This document shows, in pieces, positions 54,480 to 64,000 of a stretch of 64,000 nucleotides of DNA (the first letter of the stretch is position 1; each line of letters begins with the position of its first letter). The translations under genes were made by a program, and so were the position numbers. The notes under the pieces are model-generated. The model was not told the origin of the DNA, did not search any database, and saw only the letters and a list, made by a program, of their open reading frames with translations. The DNA comes from Anaerolineae bacterium (GTDB lineage: Bacteria > Chloroflexota > Anaerolineae > JACRMK01), in contig JBBPZQ010000103.1 of NCBI GenBank assembly GCA_038198935.1, forward strand, positions 25,649 through 89,648, written 5' to 3'.

Positions 54480-56584
54480 TCGTCCACCTTCACCCGCACC
54501 GTCTTCGTCGTGTCGTTCCCCAGAATGTCAATCACCTTGACGACAATCGTGTACTCGCCCGCCGCGTCGTAGCTGTGCGTCGTCGTCTTCTGCAAGTCGC
54601 GGTCTTTGCGCGTGCGATAGGTCTGCCATTCGTTGTGGAACGTGTCGCCCTTGTTGTCCCAATCCACCGCCCAATAGTCAATCCACTGCGACCAATGCTT
54701 GATGGCGCGCTGCACGTCGGCGGGCACGTCGTCGGGCGGGGTGACGAAATCGGTTAGGGTGAGAGTGACCGTGCGCGTAGAGACGGCTCGCCGAGCCGTC
54801 TCTACCTTCACATCCACCGCGAGCGCGGCGAGTTCAAAAAATTTGATGTCGCCTTGCTCGACGGCCTTCTTCTCCAACACTTCGCGCGGGATACGCACGA
54901 AGCGCACGGTGAGGTTGGCGAGCGCGGCTTGCTGCTTGGCGACTTCGTTCAATTCGAAGGCGAAGTCCCAACCGAGCACGTCCACGCCATTCGTCGTGGG
55001 CGCATCCGCGCCGGTGCCGACCGCGCGCTTGAACTCGGTGACGATATTGGTCACGTCGCCGACCGCGATGGGCGCGTCCACCACGCCGACATGCACCATG
55101 CGCCCCGCCTTCAAACCGTGCAGCCATGTGTAGCCCGTGATGGGGCGCGCGTTGTACAGTTTGAGAATGAAGTCGGTGTAAGCGCGATGCACGGCGTGGA
55201 GCTCTCCCTCACCCCTAACCCCTCTCCCGCTGGGCGAGGGGGACGCACTGCTCCCTTCTCCCTGCGGGAGAAGGGCTGGGGATGAGGGAGAGCTGCCGAA
55301 TTCATCCTTTACCCACAACTGCCGCTCGTACTTGCCCAAGTTTTGCACGACGAACGGGCGCACGTTGTCAATCGAGAGCAGACGCTTGCGCGTGGTGTGG
55401 ATGGCGAAGCGCCCCAGGTCGCAGGTAATCCAACGGCGGTTCAACTTCTCCGCGACGGCGGCGGTCGTGCCGCTGCCGCAGAAGCAATCGAGCACGAGGT
55501 CGCCTTCGTTCGATGACGCTTTGAGGATGCGTTCGAGTAAGGCTTCGGGTTTTTGTGTGGGGTAATCCACTCGTTCTAAAGCAGTCGGTGACAAAATGGG
55601 AATATCCATCCAAAGAGTGGACGCCGAAACTCCAGGTCTCTCGTCGAGATAGTATTTGATATAAGGTTGTCCTGGGCCGCTGAAATACAGTTTTCCAGTC
55701 TTATACATTTCTTCCATTTTGTCTCTTGTATAAGCCCAATAACGACCTTCTGGCGGGTAAACGCCATGAAACTCATATCGCGTATCGCCACCAGGTTTTG
55801 CAGCGGTGGGAGTTACAAGTCTGTATCGCCTGCCTTGCTCATCAATCTTGTTATACTGTTGTGCAATCTGCTGGTCGCTAAATGGAACGTACTGAGTTCG
55901 CCACTGAAAGTTTTGTGATTTCACGTAGAAAAAAATAGTGTCGTGCACCACATCATAGTGACGAGCGCCCTGTTTAGTATCGCCGTGTGCAGTAGTTCTT
56001 TTCCAAACGACCTCGTTCACAAAATTCTGTAAGCCAAACACCTCATCCATTACAGCCTTTGCATAGTGTGACACATGGTAATCTAAATGCACATAGATAC
56101 TCCCATCCTCCGTCAGCAACTCGCGCAACAACACGACCGTCTCGTAAAACCATTGCAAGTACGAATCGAGCCCGCGGCCCCACGTATCGCGGTAGGCTTT
56201 CATCTCGATGACGCTTGGCTCTTTGGTGAAGGATTCGATGTCGTCGGACTCTCCCTCACCCCCGTCCCCTCTCCCGCTGGGCGAGGGGGGCACGGTCGCC
56301 GTGAACGAAAAGTCCGCGCCGACGTTGAACGGCGGGTCAATGTAAATCAAGTTCACCTTGCCCGCGAACTCGTCGAGCAGCGACGGCAGCACATATTTCT
56401 TGTCGCCCCAAATCAAGCGGTTGCGCCATTCGGAATCGCGTCCCGCGCTGAACATATCGAGCGCGCGCTGGCGTTGCTGCGCGGACTCGTTCACCGTCTC
56501 GACAGTCTGAAACGGCAGCGCCACGCGCAACGGGGCGACGCGCTTGCCGTCTTTGTATTTGCCATCCCACATCAGTTCGGTCAT
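54476..56584 (-). CDS. mod: Type III restriction-modification methyltransferase Mod subunit (N6-adenine)
   Basis: 702 aa; IYIDPPF motif [13 protein letters not shown] motif I, Type III target-recognition domain between them. Carries two in-frame GC-rich inserts. Confidence 0.85.
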   Translation of the reverse strand: MTELMWDGKYKDGKRVAPLRVALPFQTVETVNESAQQRQRALDMFSAGRDSEWRNRLIWGDKKYVLPSLLDEFAGKVNLIYIDPPFNVGADFSFTATVPPSPSGRGDGGEGESDDIESFTKEPSVIEMKAYRDTWGRGLDSYLQWFYETVVLLRELLTEDGSIYVHLDYHVSHYAKAVMDEVFGLQNFVNEVVWKRTTAHGDTKQGARHYDVVHDTIFFYVKSQNFQWRTQYVPFSDQQIAQQYNKIDEQGRRYRLVTPTAAKPGGDTRYEFHGVYPPEGRYWAYTRDKMEEMYKTGKLYFSGPGQPYIKYYLDERPGVSASTLWMDIPILSPTALERVDYPTQKPEALLERILKASSNEGDLVLDCFCGSGTTAAVAEKLNRRWITCDLGRFAIHTTRKRLLSIDNVRPFVVQNLGKYERQLWVKDEFGSSPSSPALLPQGEGSSASPSPSGRGVRGEGELHAVHRAYTDFILKLYNARPITGYTWLHGLKAGRMVHVGVVDAPIAVGDVTNIVTEFKRAVGTGADAPTTNGVDVLGWDFAFELNEVAKQQAALANLTVRFVRIPREVLEKKAVEQGDIKFFELAALAVDVKVETARRAVSTRTVTLTLTDFVTPPDDVPADVQRAIKHWSQWIDYWAVDWDNKGDTFHNEWQTYRTRKDRDLQKTTTHSYDAAGEYTIVVKVIDILGNDTTKTVRVKVDE
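55199..55295. repeat. GC-rich nested palindromic element inserted in-frame in mod
   Basis: gagctctccctcacccc...ggggatgagggagagctg outer arms; inner CCCTTCTCCC-TGC-GGGAGAAGGG hairpin. Confidence 0.7.
56248..56290. repeat. half copy of the GC-rich element in mod
   Basis: actctccctcacccccgtcccctctcccgctgggcgagggggg: left outer arm and first inner hairpin only. Confidence 0.55.
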
Positions 56585-56666
56585 GGTGTGCCTCGTGTCA
56601 AAGACCTCACAGGCTTGCCCTGAGCACAGCGAAGGGTCTGAAGACCTGTGAGGTCTAGTGCCCTTC

Positions 56667-56852
<186 letters not shown>

Positions 56853-57098
56853 TCACGCAGCCATCTGCTCCAAGCGCACCGCAGGCCTGTCGGCATGCGT
56901 CGGTAAGCGCAGTGCGTTGGCGGGCAGCGTTACGACGGCAACCGTGTTGCCGAGCATGTCAAAGAATTCGACACTGTAGCCTGTCTCGCGTGCAGCGACA
57001 TTGTGACGCTCGACCACCGTTCCGACATCGCCAACGCGCAAGTGGTATTCGGGGACATCAAGCACGAGCACGACATCACTATAGAATTGAAAGTCCAA
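56853..57098 (-). CDS. small DUF4926-like protein
   Basis: 81 aa (MDFQFYSDVVLVLDVPEYHLRVGDVGTVVE...); lies exactly between the arcB stop and the arcB 3' fragment. Confidence 0.5.
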   Translation of the reverse strand: MDFQFYSDVVLVLDVPEYHLRVGDVGTVVERHNVAARETGYSVEFFDMLGNTVAVVTLPANALRLPTHADRPAVRLEQMAA

Positions 57099-57099
57099 T

Positions 57100-58071
57100 T
57101 TACTTCTTTGCCTTGCGCCTCACTGCCTTCTTCTCACTCGCCAACTTCACGCCCCCCAGCAGCCACGCGAGGATCGCTTTCTGCGCGTGCAGGCGGTTCT
57201 CGGCTTGGTCGAACACAATCGAGTTGGGCGAGTCGGCCACCGCGTCGGTGATCTCTTCGCCGCGATGGGCGGGCAGGCAGTGCATGATGAGCGCGCGTGA
57301 CGGCGCACTCTGCATCAGCGTCGCATTCAATTGATAATCTTTGAACGCCTTGCGTCGCACCTCGTTCTCCGCTTCTTGGCCCATACTCGTCCACACGTCG
57401 GTATAGACGACATCGGCATTGCGCAGCGCGTCGTGCGGGTCGGTTGTCCAGCGCACACGCGCGCCGCTGTCTTCGGAAAATTCCATCGCGCGCGCCATCA
57501 CCTCTTTGCTCGGCTTGTATGCTTCGGGTGTCGCGACGGTGATGTGCAGTCCGACTTTGCTCGCGCCGAACAGCAAGCCGTTCGCCATGTTGTAGCCATC
57601 GCCGATGAACACGAGTTGTTTGTCGCGCACATCTTTGCCGAGCTGCTCGCGGATGGTGAGCAGGTCTGCCATTACCTGACACGGATGATCGTAATCGCTT
57701 AAGCCATTGATGACCGGCACGCTCGCGTACTGCGCCATCGTTTCCAGATCGCGGTGTCGGAACACGCGCGCCATGATGCCCTGCGTGTAGCGGCTGAGCA
57801 CGCGCGCAATGTCGGGCACAGACTCGCGCTTGCCCATGCCGATCTCCGCGTCGGACAAATACAGTCCGCGCCCGCCGAGCTGATCCATGCCGACCTCGAA
57901 CGAGACGCGCGTGCGCAGCGACGGCTTCTGAAAATACAGCGCGAGCGTTTGTCCCGCGAGAATCGGTTTGTTACCGGCGCGCTTCCATTCGCGCTTCAAC
58001 TTTTCCGCGAGCTGCAGCAGGCCTTCGATTTCAGCAGGTGTGAGATCGGCGAGCGTGAGCAAGTGACGCAT
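57100..58071 (-). CDS. arcB: ornithine carbamoyltransferase
   Basis: Start MRHLLTLADL with AAGGAG RBS; STRTR, HCLP, DVVYTDVWTSMG motifs. Confidence 0.9.
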   Translation of the reverse strand: MRHLLTLADLTPAEIEGLLQLAEKLKREWKRAGNKPILAGQTLALYFQKPSLRTRVSFEVGMDQLGGRGLYLSDAEIGMGKRESVPDIARVLSRYTQGIMARVFRHRDLETMAQYASVPVINGLSDYDHPCQVMADLLTIREQLGKDVRDKQLVFIGDGYNMANGLLFGASKVGLHITVATPEAYKPSKEVMARAMEFSEDSGARVRWTTDPHDALRNADVVYTDVWTSMGQEAENEVRRKAFKDYQLNATLMQSAPSRALIMHCLPAHRGEEITDAVADSPNSIVFDQAENRLHAQKAILAWLLGGVKLASEKKAVRRKAKK

Positions 58072-58150
58072 AGGACTCCTTCGGAGAGACGGCGGACGAC
58101 GGACGGCAGACGGCTGATGTCTTGCCTCCATCGTCCGCCGTCTGCCGTCG

Positions 58151-59584
58151 TCAGTAGGCACCATCCGCGAGCAGCACGCTCGGAACGGTGCGCAGCATGA
58201 TTTTCAGATCGAGCGCGAGCGACCAGTTCTCGATGTAGAACAAGTCGAGCATGACCATCTCGTCGAACGTGAGCAGCGAGCGCCCGCTCACTTGCCACAA
58301 GCCGCTCATGCCCGGCGCGACTTCGAGCCGCTTCTTGTGCCACTCTTCGTATTGCGCGACTTCGCGCGGCAAGGGCGGACGCGGACCGACCAAACTCATT
58401 TCGCCGCGCAGCACGTTGAGCACCTGCGGCAGTTCGTCGAGCGAGGTGCGGCGGAAGAAGCGGCCCATGCGCGTCAGGCGCGGATCGTTTTTGATCTTGA
58501 ACAGGGGCCCCGTCGCTTCGTTCATCTCCAACAATTTTTCCACTTCCTCGTCCGCGCCCTCGCGCATCGAGCGGAACTTGAAGCAGGTGAACAGTTTACC
58601 GCCGCGTCCCACGCGTGTCTGTCGGAACAGAATGGGACCGGGCGAATCGAGTTTAAGCGCGACGGCAAACGGCAAAAATATCAGGGGCCCAAAAATCGCC
58701 AACACGATCACGCTGAGCACGATATCAATCGCGCGCTTGAGCGCGTAGTTCCAACCGCTGATGCTCACGTCGCGCACGCTGATCAGCGGGATGCCGTTGA
58801 TGTCGTCCACCGCGACGCGGCTGAGCGACATTTCGTACAGGTCGGGCACGATCTTCACGCGCGCGCCGTGCCGCTCGCATTCGTCCAGCATCGCCAAGAC
58901 TTGTTGATGGTGATCGGCCGGCAAGGCGATCACCACTTCGTCGGGCTGATGCGCGTGCAGCACCTCGCGCAAGTGCCGCGTGTCGCCGAGCGCGGGGAAG
59001 CGGCCGATGTTCACTTGCTGCGTCGGGTCGTCGTCGAGGAAGCCGATCACGCGATAGCCGAGTTCGGGCCGCGCGACGATGCTGCGCATCAACGTGCGAC
59101 TGCGCTCGCCCGCGCCGATGATCAGCAGCCGATCAACGGCGATGCCGCGCTTGCGCAAGCGCGCCAGCACGACGCCGAGCACGAGGCGGAACAGCGCGAG
59201 CGTAGCCACGATGAACGCGAGCGCGAACGCGAACATCAAGCGCGAGTACGAATACGGACGCAGATAGAAGAACACGACGATCATTGCCGCGACGCCGACC
59301 AGCGTGCCGTTGAAGATGGTCACGGTGCGGTCGAGCCACGATGCGCCGCGCTGCGAGGTATAGACGCCTTCGACCTTGTAAATGACGAGCAGCGTCGCGG
59401 TGAGGAAAACGGCGATGGGCACGTACTCGCCAAACGGGACGAAGTTGAATTCGTCCACAGGGCGAACCCACTCGCCGATGTAGCGCGCCCAGTACGCCAG
59501 CGCGAAGCCGACGTTAATCAGCAGCGCGTCAGCAATGACGAGCGCGAGCGATTGGTAGCGGTGGAGTCGTGCGAGCATGGTCAT
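58151..59584 (-). CDS. exopolysaccharide polyprenyl-phosphate glycosyl-1-phosphate transferase (WbaP/EpsB-type bacterial sugar transferase)
   Basis: 477 aa; 4-5 N-terminal TM helices, C-terminal sugar-transferase domain (KRAIDIVLS...PGP(I/L)F.Q.RVG..G..F...KFR(S/T)M). Confidence 0.85.
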   Translation of the reverse strand: MTMLARLHRYQSLALVIADALLINVGFALAYWARYIGEWVRPVDEFNFVPFGEYVPIAVFLTATLLVIYKVEGVYTSQRGASWLDRTVTIFNGTLVGVAAMIVVFFYLRPYSYSRLMFAFALAFIVATLALFRLVLGVVLARLRKRGIAVDRLLIIGAGERSRTLMRSIVARPELGYRVIGFLDDDPTQQVNIGRFPALGDTRHLREVLHAHQPDEVVIALPADHHQQVLAMLDECERHGARVKIVPDLYEMSLSRVAVDDINGIPLISVRDVSISGWNYALKRAIDIVLSVIVLAIFGPLIFLPFAVALKLDSPGPILFRQTRVGRGGKLFTCFKFRSMREGADEEVEKLLEMNEATGPLFKIKNDPRLTRMGRFFRRTSLDELPQVLNVLRGEMSLVGPRPPLPREVAQYEEWHKKRLEVAPGMSGLWQVSGRSLLTFDEMVMLDLFYIENWSLALDLKIMLRTVPSVLLADGAY

Positions 59585-59660
59585 GTGCGAGGACGAGAAC
59601 GGGCAGACGGCTGGCCGAGTGCAAGCGCGAGCTGATGCCGACCCGTCACTCGCGTACCGT

Positions 59661-60791
59661 TCACGTCAACACCTCGGAGTACACCTGCGCCGTCTGCCGC
59701 GCGGCTTCGTGCCAACTGAACTTGGCGGCTTGGCGTAGGCTGCGCTCGCGCATCTGCGTTCGCAGCGCAGTATCGTGCAGCGCATGTTCAATCGCCTCAC
59801 TCAACGCGAGCGTGTCGTCGGGCGCGATAGTGAGCGCGGCGTCGCCCGCCACTTCGGGTAGCGACGAGACGTTGGAGGTGATGGCGGGCGTGCCACATGC
59901 CATTGCTTCGAGCACGGGCAAGCCGAAGCCCTCGTACAGCGACGGGAACACGAACAGGTCGGCGGCGTTGTACCACAACGCCAATTCTGCTTGCGGCACG
60001 TAGCCCGTGAAGATCACGTCGCTCTGAGCGCCGCTTTGCTCGACGGCCGCAAACACGTCGTCGTAGCCCCAACCCTTCGCGCCGGCAATCACCAGTTTGG
60101 GTTTGTCGCTGCCGTTGCGCCTCAATGCAGCGTACGCGCGCACGAGTTGCGCGACGTTCTTGCGCGGCTCCAATGTGCCGAGATACAAAATGAAATGTGA
60201 CGGCAGCCCTTTCGCCGCGCGGAACTGCTCGACCTGCGCGCGGCTGATCGGATGGAACTCGTCGTCCACGCCACAATAAATGACGCGCACAAGCTCGGCG
60301 GGCACGCCGCAAAATTTCAGCACGTCGTCTTTGCTGCTCTGCGAGATGACCACGATGCGCGCGGCATGTTGCGCGGAGTAGCGGGTGATGAGACGCAAGT
60401 AGTGGCGTTGAAAACGCGGAAAGCGTTCGGGCATGCGCACGAAGCTCATGTCGTAAATCGTGAGCACGACGGGGCAGCGCGCGACGACGGGCCGCGCGAA
60501 TGCGAGCGCGTGCAGCAGGTCGAGTTTGTCCGTGAATGTGCTAATGGGCAGCACGCTCTGCTCCCACACAATGCGCCCAAAAGGGGTGCGCGTGGGGAGG
60601 TGCGTGAAGTGCAGGTGCATTGCGGGATGCGGCGCACGCATCGCGCGCTCGTTCAGGTACACGTCGTAGCGATGCTTTGGCGCGACCTGCGGCAGATTGA
60701 GGAGCAGACGATGGATGTAGTGATGAATGCCCGCGCCGCGATACGAGGCGGAGAGGTTGAGCAACTGCGCGTTCAGTCCGATGCGGCTCAT
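59661..60791 (-). CDS. glycosyltransferase family 4
   Basis: 376 aa GT4 fold (EGFGLPVLEAMACGTPAI). Confidence 0.8.
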   Translation of the reverse strand: MSRIGLNAQLLNLSASYRGAGIHHYIHRLLLNLPQVAPKHRYDVYLNERAMRAPHPAMHLHFTHLPTRTPFGRIVWEQSVLPISTFTDKLDLLHALAFARPVVARCPVVLTIYDMSFVRMPERFPRFQRHYLRLITRYSAQHAARIVVISQSSKDDVLKFCGVPAELVRVIYCGVDDEFHPISRAQVEQFRAAKGLPSHFILYLGTLEPRKNVAQLVRAYAALRRNGSDKPKLVIAGAKGWGYDDVFAAVEQSGAQSDVIFTGYVPQAELALWYNAADLFVFPSLYEGFGLPVLEAMACGTPAITSNVSSLPEVAGDAALTIAPDDTLALSEAIEHALHDTALRTQMRERSLRQAAKFSWHEAARQTAQVYSEVLT

Positions 60792-60888
60792 AGTGTGCTG
60801 CGGCGATTATACCATTCTTACGTGCGCAGCGGCGAAGCCATCGCGGCACGTCACAGTCTCGCTAGAGCGCCTCGCGCTTGCTTCGCCC

Positions 60889-62058
60889 CTACACCATTTG
60901 TTGATATACGCCGACCGTTTGTTCCGCGATACTTGCTTGCGTGAAATTTTGTAAGACACGCGTGCGCCCACGCTCCGCCAATGCGCAGCGCAATGATTCG
61001 TCGCGCATGAGTTGCACGAGACATGCTTGCAAGCCGCTGACATCATCTTCGTGGAAGATCAGCCCGGCATCGCCGATGGTGTTTGGAATCTCGCCCGTGT
61101 CCGAGCCGATCACCGGCACGCCGCACGCCATCGCTTCGATCAGCACGCGCCCGAACTGCTCGACCCAGTTGTGCGCGCGGCGCGAGGGAAGCACGAACAC
61201 GTCGAGCGCGCGATAGAAGTCCGGCATCTGCGTTGACGCGATCTGCGTCTCAAAGTGCACACGCTCGGCAATGGTGAGTTCGTGCGCGAGTCGCTGCAAG
61301 TGTGCCAGTGCGGGTCCTGAACCCGCGAGTCGCAATTGCCAATCTGCGTCGCCGAGTTGCGCAACGGCGCGCAGCAGTGTGTCAATGCCTTTCTCGCGCG
61401 TGAAGCGGCCCGCATAGCCGACGGTAAAAGAACCCCCACCCCAACCCTCCCCCGTCGAAGTGTGCGACCGGGAAGGGGGTCTGGCCTCCGCCCCTGCGAA
61501 GCGGGGGAGGTTGGGTGGGGGTTGAAAAATTTCCGGATCAACGCCGAACTGCGGGATGACGCGCACCACGCCGCGATAGCCTTTCGCGCGCAAGACGTTC
61601 ACCGCATCGGCGTTGCCCGCGATAGCGTGCGCGCAATGATGGAACGTGAAGCGTTGAAAGTAACTGAACGGGAACGGATAACGCCGCCGCAAATTCTGCC
61701 ACGTAAAGAACAGCGGACGCGCTCCGACCTGAAGGGCATGACGCACCGCATGGAACGTCACCAAATCCCACGGCTCTTCGTCCACATGCACGATGTCGGG
61801 TCGCAGTTCGCGCAAGATGCGCGCCAACTCTGGATAGAAATGAATGTGAAAGTGGCCATTGAAGCGCATCGGCGAGACGAGCAGCCGATAGCCGCGCGTG
61901 TATTTTTTTTCGAGCGTGCGCGTGCCGCTGGGGTCTTTCCATGCGGGCGGCACGACGACGGTGAGCGCAACGCCGCGCGCCGCGATCTCTTCCAGCTTGC
62001 GCTGATACGCGCCGACGACGCACGCTTTGGAGAGCAGCAAGACTTTCATAGACGCCAT
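60889..62058 (-). CDS. glycosyltransferase family 4 (with in-frame GC-rich insert)
   Basis: Start MASMKVLLLS; EQFGRVLIEAMACGVPVIGSD; insert encodes PSRSHTSTGEGWGGGS. Confidence 0.8.
   Translation of the reverse strand: MASMKVLLLSKACVVGAYQRKLEEIAARGVALTVVVPPAWKDPSGTRTLEKKYTRGYRLLVSPMRFNGHFHIHFYPELARILRELRPDIVHVDEEPWDLVTFHAVRHALQVGARPLFFTWQNLRRRYPFPFSYFQRFTFHHCAHAIAGNADAVNVLRAKGYRGVVRVIPQFGVDPEIFQPPPNLPRFAGAEARPPSRSHTSTGEGWGGGSFTVGYAGRFTREKGIDTLLRAVAQLGDADWQLRLAGSGPALAHLQRLAHELTIAERVHFETQIASTQMPDFYRALDVFVLPSRRAHNWVEQFGRVLIEAMACGVPVIGSDTGEIPNTIGDAGLIFHEDDVSGLQACLVQLMRDESLRCALAERGRTRVLQNFTQASIAEQTVGVYQQMV
61431..61524. repeat. GC-rich nested palindromic element inserted in-frame in the glycosyltransferase
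   Basis: aacccccaccccaaccctcccccg...cgggggaggttgggtgggggttg; left arm nearly identical to the res copy at 52381. Confidence 0.7.
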
Positions 62059-62083
62059 ATAGGGGTGAGTCGCCGACTCGCCC

Positions 62084-63166
62084 CTACGACAATACCTGAC
62101 AATAGACTTGCGCCGTCTCTCTCGCGCACTGTGCCCACGAGAACTTAGCCGCCTGCGCCAATCCTTTCGCGCGATGCTCTTGGCGCAGCCCTTCATCTAT
62201 CAGGCTGGCGATGATTGCGCCCGCCATTCGATTCACATCGTCGGGCTGGATGAGAAAGCCGGCATCGCCGACGATCTCCGGCAGCGAACTGCTGTCGCCC
62301 GCGACGACGGGCGTGCCGCACGCCATCGCTTCGAGCACCGGCAGACCGAAGCCTTCATAGTAGGAGGGCCAAGCAAAACAACTGGCGAGCGAATAGAGCG
62401 CCGGCTTGTCGTCGTCGCTCACCTCGCCGATGAAGCGCACGTGCTCGGTGAGTTGCAAGTCTTTGATGAGCGGCTGCACGTCAGGGAACAACGCCGAGTG
62501 ACTCAACCGTAGGCGGCCCGCGAGCACGAGCGAGTAGTCTGCGCCGAGACCGCGCGCCACTTTCTCAAATGCGCGAATCAGGTTCGGCACGTTTTTGCGC
62601 TGATCGAACCCGCCGAGATACAGGACGAACTGCTCGGGCAATTTGTATTTTGCACGCACGCGCTCCAGTGTGACGGCATCCGTGATCGGCTGATAGCGTT
62701 CGTCGGCAGCCAGATAGATCACGCGCACCTTGCGCTCGTCCACGCCAAGCAGTCGGATGATGTCGCGCTTGGATGCATCGGAGTCGGCGATGATCGCACG
62801 TGCGCGGCGTGCGGCAAGTGCGACCAAGCGAGTATATGCGCGCACCTTGAGTGAGCCGCGATAGGCGGGCAGCAGCATCGGAATCAAGTCGTGAATGGTG
62901 ACGACGGTCGGCACGCGCGTGCCGACCGCCGATCCGAAGTACGGCACGTGCGCGAGGTCGGCGCTCGCGGCGCGTGCGGCACGCGGAAAACCGATCTGCT
63001 CAAAACGCAGCTTATCAACGTTGTCGTCCGACGGCGGCTCGATCAACTGAGTTTCGATAGCGTATTCGGGTTTGCGAAATTCTTCGAGCAAGTGACTGAG
63101 ATACTGCCCGCTGCCCGTGTCGGGGCGATGGAGATACGAGGCATTAATCGCAACGCGGATTGGCAT
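62084..63166 (-). CDS. glycosyltransferase family 4
   Basis: 360 aa; EGFGLPVLEAMACGTPVVAGD. Confidence 0.8.
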   Translation of the reverse strand: MPIRVAINASYLHRPDTGSGQYLSHLLEEFRKPEYAIETQLIEPPSDDNVDKLRFEQIGFPRAARAASADLAHVPYFGSAVGTRVPTVVTIHDLIPMLLPAYRGSLKVRAYTRLVALAARRARAIIADSDASKRDIIRLLGVDERKVRVIYLAADERYQPITDAVTLERVRAKYKLPEQFVLYLGGFDQRKNVPNLIRAFEKVARGLGADYSLVLAGRLRLSHSALFPDVQPLIKDLQLTEHVRFIGEVSDDDKPALYSLASCFAWPSYYEGFGLPVLEAMACGTPVVAGDSSSLPEIVGDAGFLIQPDDVNRMAGAIIASLIDEGLRQEHRAKGLAQAAKFSWAQCARETAQVYCQVLS

Positions 63167-63213
63167 GGTGAAGGAGTGAAGAGGTGAAGGGTGAGTGATT
63201 CAAGGGTACCCGC

Positions 63214-64000
63214 TCACCCTCTCAGCTGTTGCGCCCACTGTTCGGGCAGCGCATCGGTGACGAACGTGCCCGCGCCGCTCTCGCAGCCTGCGCGATATTT
63301 CAGTTTCTCTTTGCTGCGGTTGAGCGGATAGAACTCGATATGGAAGTGCGCGTCCGGGTCGCCGCCGACGGGCGCTTGGTGCAGCACCATCATGTACGGC
63401 AGCGACATAGCGAACAGCGCATCGTAGCGCACGAGCACATCCTTGAGAATACGTGCGAGCGACCAGCGATCCGTCTCGTCGAAATCGAGCAGCGACTCGC
63501 GATGCGGAATCATCGCGACATGCACTTCATATGGAAAGCGTGCGAAGAATGGCACATATGCCACGCACGTTTCGTCTTGCGCGATGACGCGCCGCCCGTC
63601 GTCACGCTCTTGCTGCACGATGTCGCACAGCAAGCAGCTGCCCGTCTCGGCGCGGTGCGCGCGCGCCGCTTCGAGTTCGCGCGCGGGAATCGGCGGCACG
63701 AATGGGAACGCATAAATCTGGCCGTGCGGATGGTGGATCGTCGTGCCGACGACGTTGCCCTTGTTCTCAAAAATGAAAACGTATTTGACGAATGGCAGTT
63801 CAGCGAGCGACTTGTAGCGATCCGTCCAAACCAAAATCAATTTGTAGATGTGCGTGATCGGTTGATCGGTCAGCGTGCCTTCGTGCTGCGGCGTATAGAC
63901 GACGACTTCACACACGCCCTGCGCCGCTCGCACGGGTTCGAGTTCCGTTGCCTCGACATCGGGTGACGGTGGATTGCGCCGCAGCGCGGGAAAACGATTC
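63214..64000 (-). CDS. galT: galactose-1-phosphate uridylyltransferase (partial, 5' end beyond the window)
   Basis: HPHGQIYAF HxHxQ motif; the reading frame continues past position 64000. Confidence 0.7.
   Translation of the reverse strand, partial: NRFPALRRNPPSPDVEATELEPVRAAQGVCEVVVYTPQHEGTLTDQPITHIYKLILVWTDRYKSLAELPFVKYVFIFENKGNVVGTTIHHPHGQIYAFPFVPPIPARELEAARAHRAETGSCLLCDIVQQERDDGRRVIAQDETCVAYVPFFARFPYEVHVAMIPHRESLLDFDETDRWSLARILKDVLVRYDALFAMSLPYMMVLHQAPVGGDPDAHFHIEFYPLNRSKEKLKYRAGCESGAGTFVTDALPEQWAQQLRG

Noticed and set aside
58292-59635. 447-aa ORF on the plus strand
   Set aside because: Antisense to the sugar-transferase gene, which has clear family motifs; Arg/Glu/Asp-rich translation typical of GC-rich antisense frames.

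Overview
High-GC (about 60-65%) bacterial chromosomal segment. The LexA box type (GAAC-N4-GTTC) and gene content suggest a Chloroflexota- or Actinobacteria-like organism, but the taxon cannot be fixed from sequence alone.

Layout, left to right:
- 1-14.6 kb: a RIO kinase, then a dense accessory array of small stress/detox paralogs (7 VOC/glyoxalase, 4 RibD-C/DHFR-family, 3 DUF1801, alpha/beta hydrolases). Embedded in it are two tandem copies of a translationally coupled MoaD/ThiS-like (C-terminal GG) + BNR/Asp-box beta-propeller gene pair.
- 15-20 kb: a short FtsK/SpoIIIE-like ATPase, lexA with SOS boxes, and a heavy-metal P-type ATPase.
- 20-23 kb: two secreted proteins (a metzincin protease and a large hypothetical) that share a duplicated promoter-plus-terminator leader.
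- 23.5-27.9 kb: the core genes pnp, rpsO and iscS.
- 27.9-32.3 kb: a low-GC island between iscS and mnmA carrying a STAND NB-ARC/TPR NTPase, a second STAND-like ATPase and an excisionase-type HTH, ending in a duplicated mnmA 5' fragment.
- 32.3-36.2 kb: mnmA, small membrane/YtxH-type proteins and nnr.
- 36.2-40.3 kb: a split STAND NTPase (with a C-terminal multi-pass membrane domain) and a WD40 lipoprotein.
- 40.4-49.8 kb and 58.2-63.2 kb: an exopolysaccharide / fatty-acid cluster (fabF, plsX, rmlA-like, BY-kinase, 2 Wzz, sugar transferase, 4 GT4).
- Between arcC and arcB (49.8-57.1 kb): a Type III restriction-modification island with two DUF3800 genes, flanked by partial duplicates of the arcC 5' end and the arcB 3' end.
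- 63.2 kb to window end: partial galT.

Recurring non-genic structures:
- A family of GC-rich nested palindromic elements inserted in-frame into res, mod and a glycosyltransferase, and also found intergenically.
- A family of intergenic hairpins whose arms are built from short tandem oligomer repeats.
- Three instances of a small gene flanked by a duplicated end of the neighbouring housekeeping gene.

No tRNA, rRNA, CRISPR array, transposase or integrase was recognised.
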